The notes under the pieces are model-generated. The model did not search any database and was not told where the DNA came from. It saw nothing but the letters and a program-made list of their open reading frames with translations. A stretch of 64,000 nt of DNA from a virus: IMG/VR virus record IMGVR_UViG_3300028178_000001, positions 1 to 64,000 of that record; one strand, 5' to 3'. This document shows positions 51,126-62,515 of the stretch, in pieces (positions within the stretch are counted from its first letter, which is position 1; the number at the start of each line of letters is the position of its first letter). The position numbers and the translations under genes are program-made.

Positions 51126-52161
51126 TTGAAAAGCGATAGTGATAGCGATGTCTTGTTTTATCGGATAAAGAATGTTGCTTTGCAAAATCCGCAGCGGGAT
51201 GAAGAGTTTAAGGATTTAGTGAGAGAGCAAATACCGGGAAGTGAATTCCATCATGTGTTTACAAGTACGGTAGGGCTAAAGAGCACGGATTTATTGGGTG
51301 TAGCGGTAAGGACGGAAGATCATAACGAAAACCAAACGAACCGTGATTGGCTGATTGAGAAGATACCGGGAGCAATAAGGAATTTAATTTTATATGTGAT
51401 CAAACTGAAGAAGGAAATTATTCAATTAAGAAAGGAGCTGAGTGATGAGCGTAAAAAATCCATTGGGTGAAATAATAAGTGATGAGCAATTTGAACAATT
51501 AATGAACGAGGGGTTGTTAAACCCTATGCGCGTAAGGGATAGAACGATAAAGGCAAGGTATGACGAAATGAGGATAGGTAAACCGTTGTCCTCCGATAAG
51601 TGCATTGAGAAAATCCGGGATGAGGAATATCCTTATCTAACTTTTGAAACAATTAGAAAGATAGTGATGTGCAGATGGAAAAAGAGAAATTAAAAAATAT
51701 AGATCCGGAAATGATTTTAGAGGAAGCCATAGAGATAGCTGAAGGGCTAGCTTGCGGTTATAGCAATGAAAGCGGGGACGCTATGAGCACTTACCTTAGT
51801 GTGCTGGTTACTTATCTAGCACGTTTGCCGAAGATGGAAGCAGATGCAGAATACTTAATGAATTACGCGAAAGGGGATAAGGCAGACAAGGAGGCAAGCA
51901 AAGCGAAGAAAGATCAGATAAGCGCAACGCTGTTTAAGGAAGTGATGGGAGGAGAGGTTTCAACATTTACGCGGATATACAGTTTCGTGCATAGGTTAAA
52001 CTCAAACATAATTGAGATACAAAAATCTGTAATAACGCAGTTGAGTTATCTAAAGTCAACGATGCCAAAAAACATAAACGAAGGTGAACTGGTGAAGAAG
52101 ATTGAGAGCTTAACGCGGGAAGTTTCGGCACTAAAGAAGTGGAAAGAAGAAGTGCTTTAAT

Positions 52162-52210
52162 AATTAGGAATTAGGAATTAGGAATTAGGAATTAGGAATT
52201 AGGAATTAGG
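52162..52210 (+). repeat. (AATTAGG)x7 heptamer tandem
   Basis: Seven perfect copies ending in AGGAG upstream of ATG 52223. Confidence 0.95.
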
Positions 52211-52932
52211 AGAAAAAATAAAATGTGTGTAACAGTTTATAAAGGGAAGGAAGTAATTGGGACGGTAGGGGAGTTGAAAAAGGGATTCCCGGGTGTACCG
52301 TTAATTATTTATAAAGAATATAGTGAGGTTAAGGACGAACAATGTTTGTGCCCGATTGACTTGGACCAAATGTTTAAGGGCGCGGGGATAAGGTTTGAAT
52401 ATGATTATGATTATTTCATCTTAAATGAAAGTGAACAATGAAAAAGAAAGATCAAGAACCGGTTTATTTGATGTTTGATGCAAAGAATAAGCTGTATGTA
52501 GCTTCGTTGGGGCATACGACCCAGGCGAAGTATGGAAGAAGGTTTACGGAAGCGGGAGTAAAGAAGTTTATGAAAAAGCATCCAGGAGATGAGAAAAAGC
52601 CGATAGCTGAAGACGTGGAGCAATAACCATGAAAATAAACGGTGAAGATGTAAATGTTTTGGAGGAAGGGAAAGAACAATTAACGGATGAAACGGTAGCG
52701 AAGTTTTTTGTGATAAAGAAATTATTCCAGGAGAAGAGATTACCGCCGCACGACAGCAATTATGTGAAATATTTTCTCGAAATGTATAAGATCGGGTTTG
52801 ATGTTGAGGAAATGGTTGAGTTCCGAAGTTTTTGTGAGGAGGATTTTGCTGATTGGAAGCGAACACAAATAGCTGAGGATTTTGCGCGGGGGGCTTCGTT
52901 TGTAAATTTAAAAGAATTAGGGCTTGAGTAAT

Positions 52933-52947
52933 TCCGCCAGAGGCGGA
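52933..52947. repeat. Short palindromic repeat TCCGCCAGAGGCGGA, copy 2
   Basis: Identical to 43141-43155; just after a stop codon. Confidence 0.8.
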
Positions 52948-53335
52948 CACGTAGGGAGTAGGAATGAAAACAGAAAGCATAATTGAGCAGACTAAGAAAT
53001 TCCGAATAATATTTAACGGAATAAAAAGATGAGAGAGTTTATTATTTGTGCGGCGATACATTTTAAGGACGGAGTGAAACGTGAACACCAGCCGAAGAAT
53101 ATTGAGAGCGGGATTGTAGTGACCGGGAGAAGGCATCATAATTGTTATTTCACCGTGTTTATGTTAAGTGGGGAAAGGTGGAACGCGGTTGAGCATGTTC
53201 AGGGGTTTTTAACTTCCTTGGATAGGTTTGTAACTAGGGCTGAAGGATACGAGATAGCAAAACGGGAAGGACAATTGTTTAGCGGGATGTTGCATGATGA
53301 TAAACCGATACTTATTAGTGAGGAGTTGTATTAAA

Positions 53336-53854
53336 ATGAAGGATAAAATAACAACGCTTGAAATAGAGGCGAGATTAGCCGGGCATTTTAATTACCGGCA
53401 GAATTTAATTGTACCAAATATTTCTTGGGGGATGAATATACATGAGTGTGATTTGTTGATAGTTACTAAAAGCGGATATGCGACTGAGGTTGAAATTAAA
53501 ATAAGTAAGGGAGATCTGAAAAAAGATGCAGAGAAGAAGCATAACCACGAAGATAGATATAACAGGATAAGGCGATTGTATTTTGCAATCCCGGAAAGTT
53601 TGACGGATTGTATAGAGTTTATCCCGGAACGAGCGGAGATAATAGTTCTAAGTAGGGGCAAGAATTATGGAGAGGATTATCTTTATTGTAGGGTGTTAAG
53701 GGAGGCCAGGGTTAATAATACTTGCAAAAAGTTTACTGATGAGGAACGATTTAATGTTGCAAGATTGGGAACAATGAGAATCTGGGGATTGAAAAGAAAG
53801 ATAATTACAGCGAGGAAGAAAGAAAAAGTTAAAATAGGAGATAGAACAACATGA
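53336..53854 (+). CDS. MmcB-like PD-(D/E)XK nuclease
   Basis: 'HECDLL...EVEIKIS..DL..D..K', 'LYFAIP'. Confidence 0.65.
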   Translation: MKDKITTLEIEARLAGHFNYRQNLIVPNISWGMNIHECDLLIVTKSGYATEVEIKISKGDLKKDAEKKHNHEDRYNRIRRLYFAIPESLTDCIEFIPERAEIIVLSRGKNYGEDYLYCRVLREARVNNTCKKFTDEERFNVARLGTMRIWGLKRKIITARKKEKVKIGDRTT

Positions 53855-54214
53855 ACAAAAAGATAAAAAGAGTTGAGGAACTAGGGGTTAATGGTTGTAC
53901 GGAAGCGATGCACAATAGGGCTATGGAGCTTAAGGCCGAATTAATTAAACGGCTTACTGAGTTGGAGAAAATTAAGAAAAAATCATTGTTGGGAAGGATA
54001 CTCTGTCTATTTGGGCTACATTCTTATAGTGAGGAGTATGCCGGATTATTGAACAGGAAATGTAAACGTTGTAGTAAAATAACCCAAGGGAAGCAGGATA
54101 CTTATGATTTGAAAGGAATTAAGATTAAGAAGGGTTGAATAAGTTGAATATTCAACCCTAAAAATTAGAAATAAATAAGTAAATCGGATTGTTAATACAT
54201 AGGAACTCTAAACC

Positions 54215-56032
54215 ATGAACATTTTTTTAGATAAAACCGGACAACCCCAAGCGCAAAATACGGAAAAGCATATTTTAAGCACAGAAGAAATGCTTGACGA
54301 TATTTTGCAAGACGACCAGCTGCAGAAACAACTGAATGAGCAGAGTAAGGCGGGCGGGATTGTTTTACCTCTTGCTGAAGAAATGATTTCGACGTTACAA
54401 GAAATTGAAGGGCTTAATTTTGACTATGCAGGGCAACAAAAAATTATTAACTGGGAAAACCAGGACGTTCCATACCGTGTGTTAAGAAAGGCAGGAAATA
54501 CGGAGGCGGGGAGACTTGTTAAGAACCATCGCCGGTTAGGTTTAACGCAGTATGGGCGGACACCAAAATCAGACGGGATACAACGAGGGGCAAAATTAGT
54601 TTTTAGTGATCCGGATTATTCCCCCACAAAAGAGGAAAAATTAAAGCTAAGGATTTGGGAGGATAAGATTTTTAAGAATTTCTTTTTCCCGGCAAACGAC
54701 CGTTGGGCGAATTTTGCCAAGTTTATAGGAAATGCTTATGAAGATTGGTTTGACCTGGACGATATAACGGCTGAGATACGGAGGGACGGGCTTGGAGACC
54801 CACTAGCGGTACATTTACAAGATCCGATAATTTATAAGCCGGTATTAAAGAAAAGCAGAGTTTACCCAAATTGGAGAGGGGAGGAGGATTATCTAAACCC
54901 TTACATTGAAGATTGGGAAGCGATGGTAACGGGTAAGAGAGCTTTTATTGATGAAGACGAAGTGCCGCTTGAACCGGATTATGTTTTGCATTATAACAAT
55001 ATGCGGCTAGGAGCAACTACTGATTATCATGTAAGGAAATTCCACTTTTTTACCCGTAGTGATTTTAGATTTGCACAGCGCGGGTACGGGATAGTTGAAC
55101 AATCCATTTCAATTCTAACATACATAATTAATGCGTTAAAAATGAATGCCAGCAATTTTATGAATAATAAATTGCCGAAGGGGTTTGTATTATTCACCGG
55201 AGGCGGAATTGGGGCAATGCAGCTTGAAAAATTGAAGAAGATAATGAGCGCATACATGGGAGGACTTGCTCCAAACCGTTTCCCGATTCTTGGACTGAAT
55301 AGCGAAAAGGGAGATGGTAAATGGGTGGGAATAGGTGGGAACAGCCGCGAGATGGAATACCACCTTTGGATTACTCTTCTATTTTCGATCTTTTGCCGGT
55401 TGAGTGGAACAGATCCGCGGGAAGTGAGTTTAGGGGCTCATTCAGACGCGATAAGACCGCAAAGTATAGGGGAAAAGAGCGCGGACGGTGTTGTAAATGA
55501 GAATAAGGATATGGGGGAAAGAACATTTCTTATCCATCTAAAAGATTCACTGAATGCTACCGATAAATACGGTTTGAATTTATTCCAACAAATTACAAAG
55601 ATGAGAGTTGAGCTGGATTTTGCCGGATTTGAGATTGAGGATAAGAAACTTAAGCAGGAGATTACAAAAGGATACTTACAGACAAGTAAATCAATAAACG
55701 ATGTTTTAGCGGAAGAGGATAAGGAGAAATATACTTTAATGATTGATGAGGATACAAACCTCTTTGATATCCCGGCAGCTAATTGTGAAGTAGTTAAAAG
55801 TGTAATACAATTTAAGCTAAATGCCTTTGCACAAAAGCAGGCCGCCGAACAGCAGCAAGCCGCCGAACAGCAGCAAGCCGCAATGGGTGGAGGGATGCCA
55901 GGACAGCCGGGAGCGGGACCAGGTGAGGAAGGTGATCAGAACGGGGAGGGATTAACTGAAGACGATAAAGCATTAATTGAAAAATATAAAGGAGCAAGTA
56001 ATGTTGAGATTGATAAGGAATTAAAGCAATGA
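54215..56032 (+). CDS. Portal protein
   Basis: 605 aa upstream of MuF; 'SNFMNNKLPKG', 'REMEY..W', 'DPREV', Q/G-rich tail. Confidence 0.75.
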   Translation: MNIFLDKTGQPQAQNTEKHILSTEEMLDDILQDDQLQKQLNEQSKAGGIVLPLAEEMISTLQEIEGLNFDYAGQQKIINWENQDVPYRVLRKAGNTEAGRLVKNHRRLGLTQYGRTPKSDGIQRGAKLVFSDPDYSPTKEEKLKLRIWEDKIFKNFFFPANDRWANFAKFIGNAYEDWFDLDDITAEIRRDGLGDPLAVHLQDPIIYKPVLKKSRVYPNWRGEEDYLNPYIEDWEAMVTGKRAFIDEDEVPLEPDYVLHYNNMRLGATTDYHVRKFHFFTRSDFRFAQRGYGIVEQSISILTYIINALKMNASNFMNNKLPKGFVLFTGGGIGAMQLEKLKKIMSAYMGGLAPNRFPILGLNSEKGDGKWVGIGGNSREMEYHLWITLLFSIFCRLSGTDPREVSLGAHSDAIRPQSIGEKSADGVVNENKDMGERTFLIHLKDSLNATDKYGLNLFQQITKMRVELDFAGFEIEDKKLKQEITKGYLQTSKSINDVLAEEDKEKYTLMIDEDTNLFDIPAANCEVVKSVIQFKLNAFAQKQAAEQQQAAEQQQAAMGGGMPGQPGAGPGEEGDQNGEGLTEDDKALIEKYKGASNVEIDKELKQ

Positions 56033-56315
56033 TAAAAATTAAAATGTGGGGGCAGACAGTATTAGAAATAGAGGGGATTGAAACGAAAGGGACAGTAAAC
56101 AATTTCCACTACCGGGATTGTGTTTTCGGGCAGCCGATAATTGTAACGATGAAAAGCGAGGGGACAACAGCACAACGGGAGATAAAAAGAGAGACGATAT
56201 CCGAAGAAAAGTATCTTGGTATGGTAAAGGACGTTGCGAACAAGACTGGATTTGACCCAAGTGAAGTTGAGTGGATTTTAAGAGAGGCTGAGGGTTATTT
56301 AGGAGGAGCATCATA

Positions 56316-57368
56316 ATGCTGATTTCGCCGTTAGACGGGAAAATATTGCATCTAAAAGAACTCGGGATGATTGAGGATATACTTTTTAACGAAGTAGTTT
56401 CACCGGATGAATTTTATAGAGAGCTAACATCATTTCTAAAGAAGAATTACGATCTTGATAATAGGGCAATGTTTACTACCCAGGAACTTGAGCAAGTTGA
56501 TTCCTTTATTAAAAATTATTTCACTACAAAAATAAACGAAGCTAAGATATGGCTTTTACGCGCTTATGTGATGGGACGGTATTTAGCGCATACTGATTTA
56601 ACCGGAAACATCTTCAGGCTTGGAAATTTAAGCAGCTTACCAAAGTATGTAACAGACGCGGCAAAGCAATACGGCTTAAGCATTGAGGAGGCAATGGCAT
56701 TACAGCAGGCAGTAGAGGAAAGCGCCGTGCTGATGACAAACACAACGCAGAGCACAATCCAGACGATACGAGAAGCACTTGTAGAAAATGTTAAGACACA
56801 AGGGGACGGGAAAAAGTTAATTGGAAAGTTGCGGGAACTTTGCAAGGATGATGTTGGAGAAATTAATCGGGATTGGAAAAGGGTTAGCATTACGGAAGCC
56901 AATTACATTTTTAACAACGGTTATATATCAATGCAGGAAGAGGGCGCTTATGTTGTTGGGCTGAGTATGCCGGATGCCTGCGGGTTTTGTGCGACTGAAA
57001 TTAATGGGCAAGTTTTTAAAGTAAGAAAAGATATTCCGCCAGATTACACAACTATGAAGGGGGCAGAGTATGAGAAGTGGGCAAAGGTTTGGGAGACTGA
57101 AATTTGGGTAGGGAAAAACAATTACGGCAGAAGTACGAGCATTCGGAAACGGATTGACAAGAACCGCGGGAACAAGGAAGATAATTTACGAGAGAAAGAA
57201 CATCACGAACATTCGATGCCAACTTGTCCCGCACACCCAGAATGTCATTGTAGATGGGTTAGTATAAAACCTAAATTTATGTGGATAGATGAGCATGGGC
57301 AAATGAGAGCGCGGGTTGAGGATGAGGATGCTTGGCAGGAATGGTATGAGGAAACAATTACGAATTAG
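56316..57368 (+). CDS. MuF-like head morphogenesis protein
   Basis: 'RDWKRVSITE', 'DACGFC', 'PAHPECHCRW'. Confidence 0.8.
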   Translation: MLISPLDGKILHLKELGMIEDILFNEVVSPDEFYRELTSFLKKNYDLDNRAMFTTQELEQVDSFIKNYFTTKINEAKIWLLRAYVMGRYLAHTDLTGNIFRLGNLSSLPKYVTDAAKQYGLSIEEAMALQQAVEESAVLMTNTTQSTIQTIREALVENVKTQGDGKKLIGKLRELCKDDVGEINRDWKRVSITEANYIFNNGYISMQEEGAYVVGLSMPDACGFCATEINGQVFKVRKDIPPDYTTMKGAEYEKWAKVWETEIWVGKNNYGRSTSIRKRIDKNRGNKEDNLREKEHHEHSMPTCPAHPECHCRWVSIKPKFMWIDEHGQMRARVEDEDAWQEWYEETITN

Positions 57369-57390
57369 GAATTAGGAATTAGGAATTAGG
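57356..57390 (+). repeat. AATTACG + (AATTAGG)x4 heptamer tandem
   Basis: Overlaps the MuF stop; ends in AGGAG before ATG 57402. Confidence 0.9.
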
Positions 57391-57571
57391 AGAAAATAAT
57401 AATGAAAGATTTGATTGAAAAAGTAAAAGTATTTTTAAGCGGATTGCTCCCAAATAAGGCGGAGAAGAAAAGGCCCGTTATAATTAAAAAGATTGAACCA
57501 GGCGCGGCAAAGAAAAAGAAAGTAGTTAAGAAAACGGTAGTGCATATAAAGTTAAAAGGAAAGGGACGAAA

Positions 57572-57961
57572 ATGATAACTGCAATAATGTTTGGTTTGTT
57601 GTTTGTGGTGTTTGCGGCTTTAGCAGAAAGCTTTGAATATGCAGAGCGTTATGTTGTCACGGATATTTTACGCGATAAATATTTAAGTAAACTTTGGCAT
57701 TGGTTCCAACTGTTTGAAAGAATATTCGCGATCACATTTGGTTTTAGTTTGGCATATTCAATGGACCTAGGAGACGCTATTAAGGTAATATTCTTAATAG
57801 CGTCCATTTTTTGGATAGCCTATGACGGAGCGATAAATATTGCACGGAATAAAAATATTTTTTTTATCAGCGGAGAGAGCACAAGCGCGTTTGACCCTTT
57901 TGCTTATCCTTGGTTGAAGATCGGGTTATTAATTACTTCAATTATTTTATTGCTAATATAG
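57572..57961 (+). CDS. Multi-pass membrane protein (holin candidate)
   Basis: About four hydrophobic helices in 129 aa. Confidence 0.4.
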   Translation: MITAIMFGLLFVVFAALAESFEYAERYVVTDILRDKYLSKLWHWFQLFERIFAITFGFSLAYSMDLGDAIKVIFLIASIFWIAYDGAINIARNKNIFFISGESTSAFDPFAYPWLKIGLLITSIILLLI

Positions 57962-57972
57962 GAAAAAGAAAA

Positions 57973-58443
57973 ATGGACGAAAAAGATTCACTTGTAAAAG
58001 AGTTTAACAACGAACTATTCAAAGCAGATTATAATGAGTTCAAAGAAGAAATTAGAGAAAAGATTGGTCACATAGGGGATAAGTTTGACCGCATTATAAA
58101 TAAACTTGATAACCTTGACATGGTTTACATTGTGAATGGGGGAAGTGACGGGAAAGAAGTTGGATGGAAGAGGAAAGATTTGTTCCAGGTACTTTATGAT
58201 AATGGTGTGAAGAAAACGAAGATGATGGAAGAAATGTTTAAGAGGGAAATTGGAGAGCTTAAAAGATTGATTACGCAACATATTGACAGTGGGTTTAAAA
58301 GCGGTGTTAACAAATTAAGCTGGTGGGGAACAAAGCTATTACCGATTATCATTGTAACGGGAATAGTGTTATCGCTAATATTTGTATTGTTGGGACAGCA
58401 TGAGCTTGCAGAGAAAATACAAACTTTAACAAAAAATAATTAG
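57973..58443 (+). CDS. Coiled-coil protein with C-terminal TM helix
   Basis: Hydrophobic 'LLPIIIVTGIVLSLIFVLL'. Confidence 0.45.
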   Translation: MDEKDSLVKEFNNELFKADYNEFKEEIREKIGHIGDKFDRIINKLDNLDMVYIVNGGSDGKEVGWKRKDLFQVLYDNGVKKTKMMEEMFKREIGELKRLITQHIDSGFKSGVNKLSWWGTKLLPIIIVTGIVLSLIFVLLGQHELAEKIQTLTKNN

Positions 58444-58453
58444 AGTTGATGAA

Positions 58454-61400
58454 ATGATTTCTTACAAATTACCGGATTATGAAGGCGGATTTATTACCAA
58501 ATCAGTTGAATGTAATTGCATTGTTACGCGGGATGCTAACGGGTACTTACTAGGGAGTAAACCGGTTAATTGTGTAAAGAAGGGAGTTAATACCAACTTT
58601 GGGAAAGTTGTGGATTATTCAACTAATTATGTTGTTCTAAAAAATGGCTCGAATGTTAAACGGGTGAGACGGGAAGATCTGAACAATATTTTGTTAAAAA
58701 GTTTGGACCAACCGGAAGTTATATCTGAAGAGATAAAAGTATCGGGGAGTTTTGAAACTTTAGCGGGGAAGGTTTTGGTTAAAAGTGAAAGTGAAATTGT
58801 TCGTGACTTACTTACCGATCCGGATAAAGTTTTAGCCAGGGGGAATAGCATAATTTTTTCTAAAACCAAAAATGGGGTAGAATATGAAGCTGAAGCAGTA
58901 AAGAAAGGATTGCTTGCAAAATCATTGTTATTAAAGGGGATTACATCAAAAGAATTAGTTGTAACGAAAAGAATATTATTCAAAGGGGTAGCGTTGTCTT
59001 TAAAGACTCCGAAAGTATTTAATTTGAATAGTTCACCGGCGGGGAGCAGTGGAAGTGCATGGAACGCAAAAGGAGGGATGAAACCAAATCATAAATACAT
59101 TGAACGAAAACCGGCGAAGAGCGGAGACGGTTATATTTATTTGTATGAACTTCCTTCCGGTAAAAAGGAATGGAGAGATGAGGCGGGAAAAGCGGTTGAG
59201 GGAGGTCAAGCGAGCGCGGATTATCAGTTAGAAGAGTTTAAGGTTGGTGATATTGTAAGACAAGGAGAACGGCTTGGAAGAATAAAGGAATCTTCTACAA
59301 ACATGCTTGCGGTAAATTTTGGGGGAGAGATGAAAGTGATCAACAAAAAAGAGCATGTTGAAAAGGTTAAGCAACACCAATTGATGAGAGAAGGGGATAC
59401 GATGTTGTATGAGGGAAACGATGCAAAAATACTCCGTGTAACCGGGAAAGCAGCATTGATAAACACGGCTGATAATAAGCTGAAGGTGATAAATCTTGAG
59501 AAACAACTCGAGAAATACGAGCCCCAAAAAGATGAGAAACGATTAAATAAATACAGTGATGTATACCAGGGAGAAGCAGAGCGAAGAGCCGGACAAGGAG
59601 GAGCGGATAATTACAATATCAGTTATGAAGAACAGCCGGGGTATAAGGATTTTATAAACAACGCAAAGCAAACCGGATTTGGGAGGAAAAGCGATCTTGA
59701 AATGGTTAAGCGAATAGAGACCGGGAACCGTTTACGAACAGTCCGGTGGGACTATAACCCGGAGACACAAGATATTAGTTTTATGGTTGACGGAGTTGAG
59801 GATTATCCGTTAAGTTTTATGGGGAAGAAATACAAAATTAGGGATATTACCGATGAAGGGTATAGTTTGGAGGATGCAGAAACAAAAGAAAAAGGTTTAT
59901 TCTTATCGCACAAAGATTATGCAGCTCATTCGAAAGATAATGAAATGCGAACTGATTTGAAGCATGAAAAGGTTGGAGGAGTAAACGGATATGAGGTTGT
60001 AAAAGAACCAGCCAGAACTTTTAGTTTTAAGCCGAAATATACTGAAGAGGAAAGGGCAAGATTTGATAAACGCGGCGGAAGCCGGCCCAGCCGTTGGACA
60101 CGGGGGAAAGAACGGAGTTTGCAAAGCACAGAGGAAAAGAAACGATTAGTTGAGGCACTAGCCGAACAACGTAAAAAGAATCTTGAAGTTTTGGGGACAA
60201 AAGATTTTGCAGATTTTGAAAAGCTGCACAAGGAGAAAGGATTTTCAATTGGAGAGAATAGATTTCATGCTGTAAAAGAAATTGAGGCAGGAGGAAGAAC
60301 TTTTAGAATAAAAAGTCAATTTAAACCGGATAAAATGAGTTGGGAAACATCGATCGATGGACCGGTTAAAAAATTACAGTTGGGAGAAAAGCATTTACCG
60401 ATAACGGATATATCGAAGGATAAAGTTTTTTACCATGAAGGAGGGGATGAAAAAAGTATATCCTTTGATGAGCTGAAGACCATTAACGGGAAAAGTTTGT
60501 TTGAACCGACAAAAGAGAGCAAAGGAATTGTAAGTAATTTAGATCCGATGAAGATTTATTTTGGTGATAAGGATGTAACAAGCGGTATTTATGAAATAGT
60601 TGAGGCAAAGGATTTAGTAGCTTCTCATAAACCGGATGGAACCCCAAATAAAGATTATCAGATATCAGACGCGCAGAACAGAGACCGCAGCACTCCGCAA
60701 AGTATTGCACAAATAAACAAGATTGCAACTAATCCAAATTTTGATTTCCTAAGCGACAGCAAGACCGCACAGGACGGTGCACCTATTGTTGACGAAGATT
60801 ATAACGTTATTGCCGGGAATGGGCGGGGAATAGGCGTACAGCAGCATTACGACAATAAAGGGGAGAAATACCGGAGCGATCTTTTAAAGAATGCCGGGAA
60901 ATATGGTTTTAGCGCTGAGGATGTTGAGAAGATGGAACAGCCGGTTTTGGTGAGGCGAACGAATGTTGACGCGAAGGAGGCGCAACGACTGGGAGCAATA
61001 AGTAATACTTCAAATATGCTCGCAACGGAGGAACGGGAAGCAGCGAAAGGAAAAGCAACGAGAATTGACGACGCAACGTTTAACAATTTATCAGGAATGT
61101 TTACTTCGGCTGAGGGAGTACACGAAACACTTAACCAATATCTTGATGAAATTGGACCGGATATTGTGAATGAATTGCTTAAGAAGAAAATAATCCCGGA
61201 GAATGAAGCGCACTTGTACATTGATCCAAAGAGCGGAAAGATGGATGCAGGGCATAAGGAAAAGGTTAAGCAGATATTAACGCAATCGGTTTTGGGAGAG
61301 AGCAGCCAGCATTTTGAGAAGATACCGGAAGCGGCAAGGGCGGGAACGGTTAAAAGTCTTGGAGATATTTTTGCGCTGAAGGGGAAAGCCGGTGATATTG

Positions 61401-62515
61401 TTCCTAATCTACAGGAAGCCGTAAAGATATTGGCAAAGTATGAGGCAGTTAAGGATAATTTTAAGTCCCCGGATGATTTTGTTAAGCAAGCGGCAAATGA
61501 CGCGTTTGAACCGTTGAAAGGGAGCAAAGAGGGATTAGCATTGTTCGAATTACTTTCCGGCAGCAAACCAAATGAGATGAAGGATAAAATACATGATTAC
61601 AAGTTAAGCATGGGAGGGGATATGTTTAGCGAAGGCAAACCGGCGAATGAAGCGTTTGATGAAGTGTTTAAGCCGAGGTATGTAAGCGGGGTTAATAAGA
61701 GTTTGTTTAGCAGAATAAAGATGTTCGGGAAACGATTGAGAAAATCTTTAAGTGGAAATGAACGGGATGAGTTTAACAAAAAACACCCGAGAGATAAAAA
61801 AGGTAAATTTGAAGTAAAGAAAGGGGGGGAGTTAAAAAAACTATTTGATGAATTTAGGAGTAAGTATGTAAAAGCATATGAGACACCACTTGGTATTGTT
61901 AAGTTGCGCGAAAAAGACTTTCATAAAATAGTTGGGATACACCAATTCGGAAGAGATGCTTTTGAAAGAATGCTTGCTGAGGGTTCTATAAATTGGGATG
62001 TAATTGAGAGTGGGGATATCCGTGATTTGGAAGTATTCAATTTTATAGAAGATATTCTTATTAAGCCGGATGAAATAAGAATTGCAAAAGAGGGGAAGCT
62101 TGATTCGGATTTTATTTTCATTTTAGATAGAGGAGGTATTCAATATTATGTAGCGTTTACAAAAAATGATTTAGTAAGGACACTTCATAATTTTGATAAA
62201 AATTATATTGAACGCAATAGCGGTAAAACTATTTATACAAAAGAAAAAGGGCTTATTAAATCAATAAGCCCTATAAAAAATCGTCACTCCTTTCGCCTCA
62301 GCACGGCGAGTGACTTTCCAAGGGCAAATATAGTGAGTGCAGGTATTATTGTCAAGGGGAATCATAAATTAAGCGAAGAATTATTTAATGAATCGTCAAC
62401 GGGGAATGACGGGAGTTTTGATTCGGAGAACGCGGATATAACGCAGGGGACAAAGATAACGAGGAAAATAATTATGAAGAGAAAGAAGAAGAGGGACGAA
62501 ACTTTTTTATTGTAG
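58454..62515 (+). CDS. Giant polyvalent head-associated protein (SH3/KOW-like repeats, DdrB-ParB-like domain, C-terminal BECR-like nuclease candidate)
   Basis: 'HKYIER..GYIYLY'; 'LVASH', 'QNRDR', 'GAPIVD..VIAGNGR'; 'HPRDKKGKF' followed by 'I.DIL.KPDEI'. Confidence 0.6.
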   Translation: MISYKLPDYEGGFITKSVECNCIVTRDANGYLLGSKPVNCVKKGVNTNFGKVVDYSTNYVVLKNGSNVKRVRREDLNNILLKSLDQPEVISEEIKVSGSFETLAGKVLVKSESEIVRDLLTDPDKVLARGNSIIFSKTKNGVEYEAEAVKKGLLAKSLLLKGITSKELVVTKRILFKGVALSLKTPKVFNLNSSPAGSSGSAWNAKGGMKPNHKYIERKPAKSGDGYIYLYELPSGKKEWRDEAGKAVEGGQASADYQLEEFKVGDIVRQGERLGRIKESSTNMLAVNFGGEMKVINKKEHVEKVKQHQLMREGDTMLYEGNDAKILRVTGKAALINTADNKLKVINLEKQLEKYEPQKDEKRLNKYSDVYQGEAERRAGQGGADNYNISYEEQPGYKDFINNAKQTGFGRKSDLEMVKRIETGNRLRTVRWDYNPETQDISFMVDGVEDYPLSFMGKKYKIRDITDEGYSLEDAETKEKGLFLSHKDYAAHSKDNEMRTDLKHEKVGGVNGYEVVKEPARTFSFKPKYTEEERARFDKRGGSRPSRWTRGKERSLQSTEEKKRLVEALAEQRKKNLEVLGTKDFADFEKLHKEKGFSIGENRFHAVKEIEAGGRTFRIKSQFKPDKMSWETSIDGPVKKLQLGEKHLPITDISKDKVFYHEGGDEKSISFDELKTINGKSLFEPTKESKGIVSNLDPMKIYFGDKDVTSGIYEIVEAKDLVASHKPDGTPNKDYQISDAQNRDRSTPQSIAQINKIATNPNFDFLSDSKTAQDGAPIVDEDYNVIAGNGRGIGVQQHYDNKGEKYRSDLLKNAGKYGFSAEDVEKMEQPVLVRRTNVDAKEAQRLGAISNTSNMLATEEREAAKGKATRIDDATFNNLSGMFTSAEGVHETLNQYLDEIGPDIVNELLKKKIIPENEAHLYIDPKSGKMDAGHKEKVKQILTQSVLGESSQHFEKIPEAARAGTVKSLGDIFALKGKAGDIVPNLQEAVKILAKYEAVKDNFKSPDDFVKQAANDAFEPLKGSKEGLALFELLSGSKPNEMKDKIHDYKLSMGGDMFSEGKPANEAFDEVFKPRYVSGVNKSLFSRIKMFGKRLRKSLSGNERDEFNKKHPRDKKGKFEVKKGGELKKLFDEFRSKYVKAYETPLGIVKLREKDFHKIVGIHQFGRDAFERMLAEGSINWDVIESGDIRDLEVFNFIEDILIKPDEIRIAKEGKLDSDFIFILDRGGIQYYVAFTKNDLVRTLHNFDKNYIERNSGKTIYTKEKGLIKSISPIKNRHSFRLSTASDFPRANIVSAGIIVKGNHKLSEELFNESSTGNDGSFDSENADITQGTKITRKIIMKRKKKRDETFLL

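Noticed and set aside
52162-52210. Heptamer arrays as CRISPR or telomere-like repeats
   Set aside because: The units are 7 bp and contiguous with no spacers, there are no cas genes, and they lie internally at gene junctions.
55841-55880. 18-bp tandem repeat in the portal gene
   Set aside because: It is an in-frame AAEQQQ duplication in a low-complexity tail, with no sign of a separate element.
60847-61566. Long minus-strand ORFs (e.g. 60847-61566, 41441-42235, 52411-53139, 12914-13483)
   Set aside because: They are antisense shadows of well-supported + strand genes and have no recognisable motifs.
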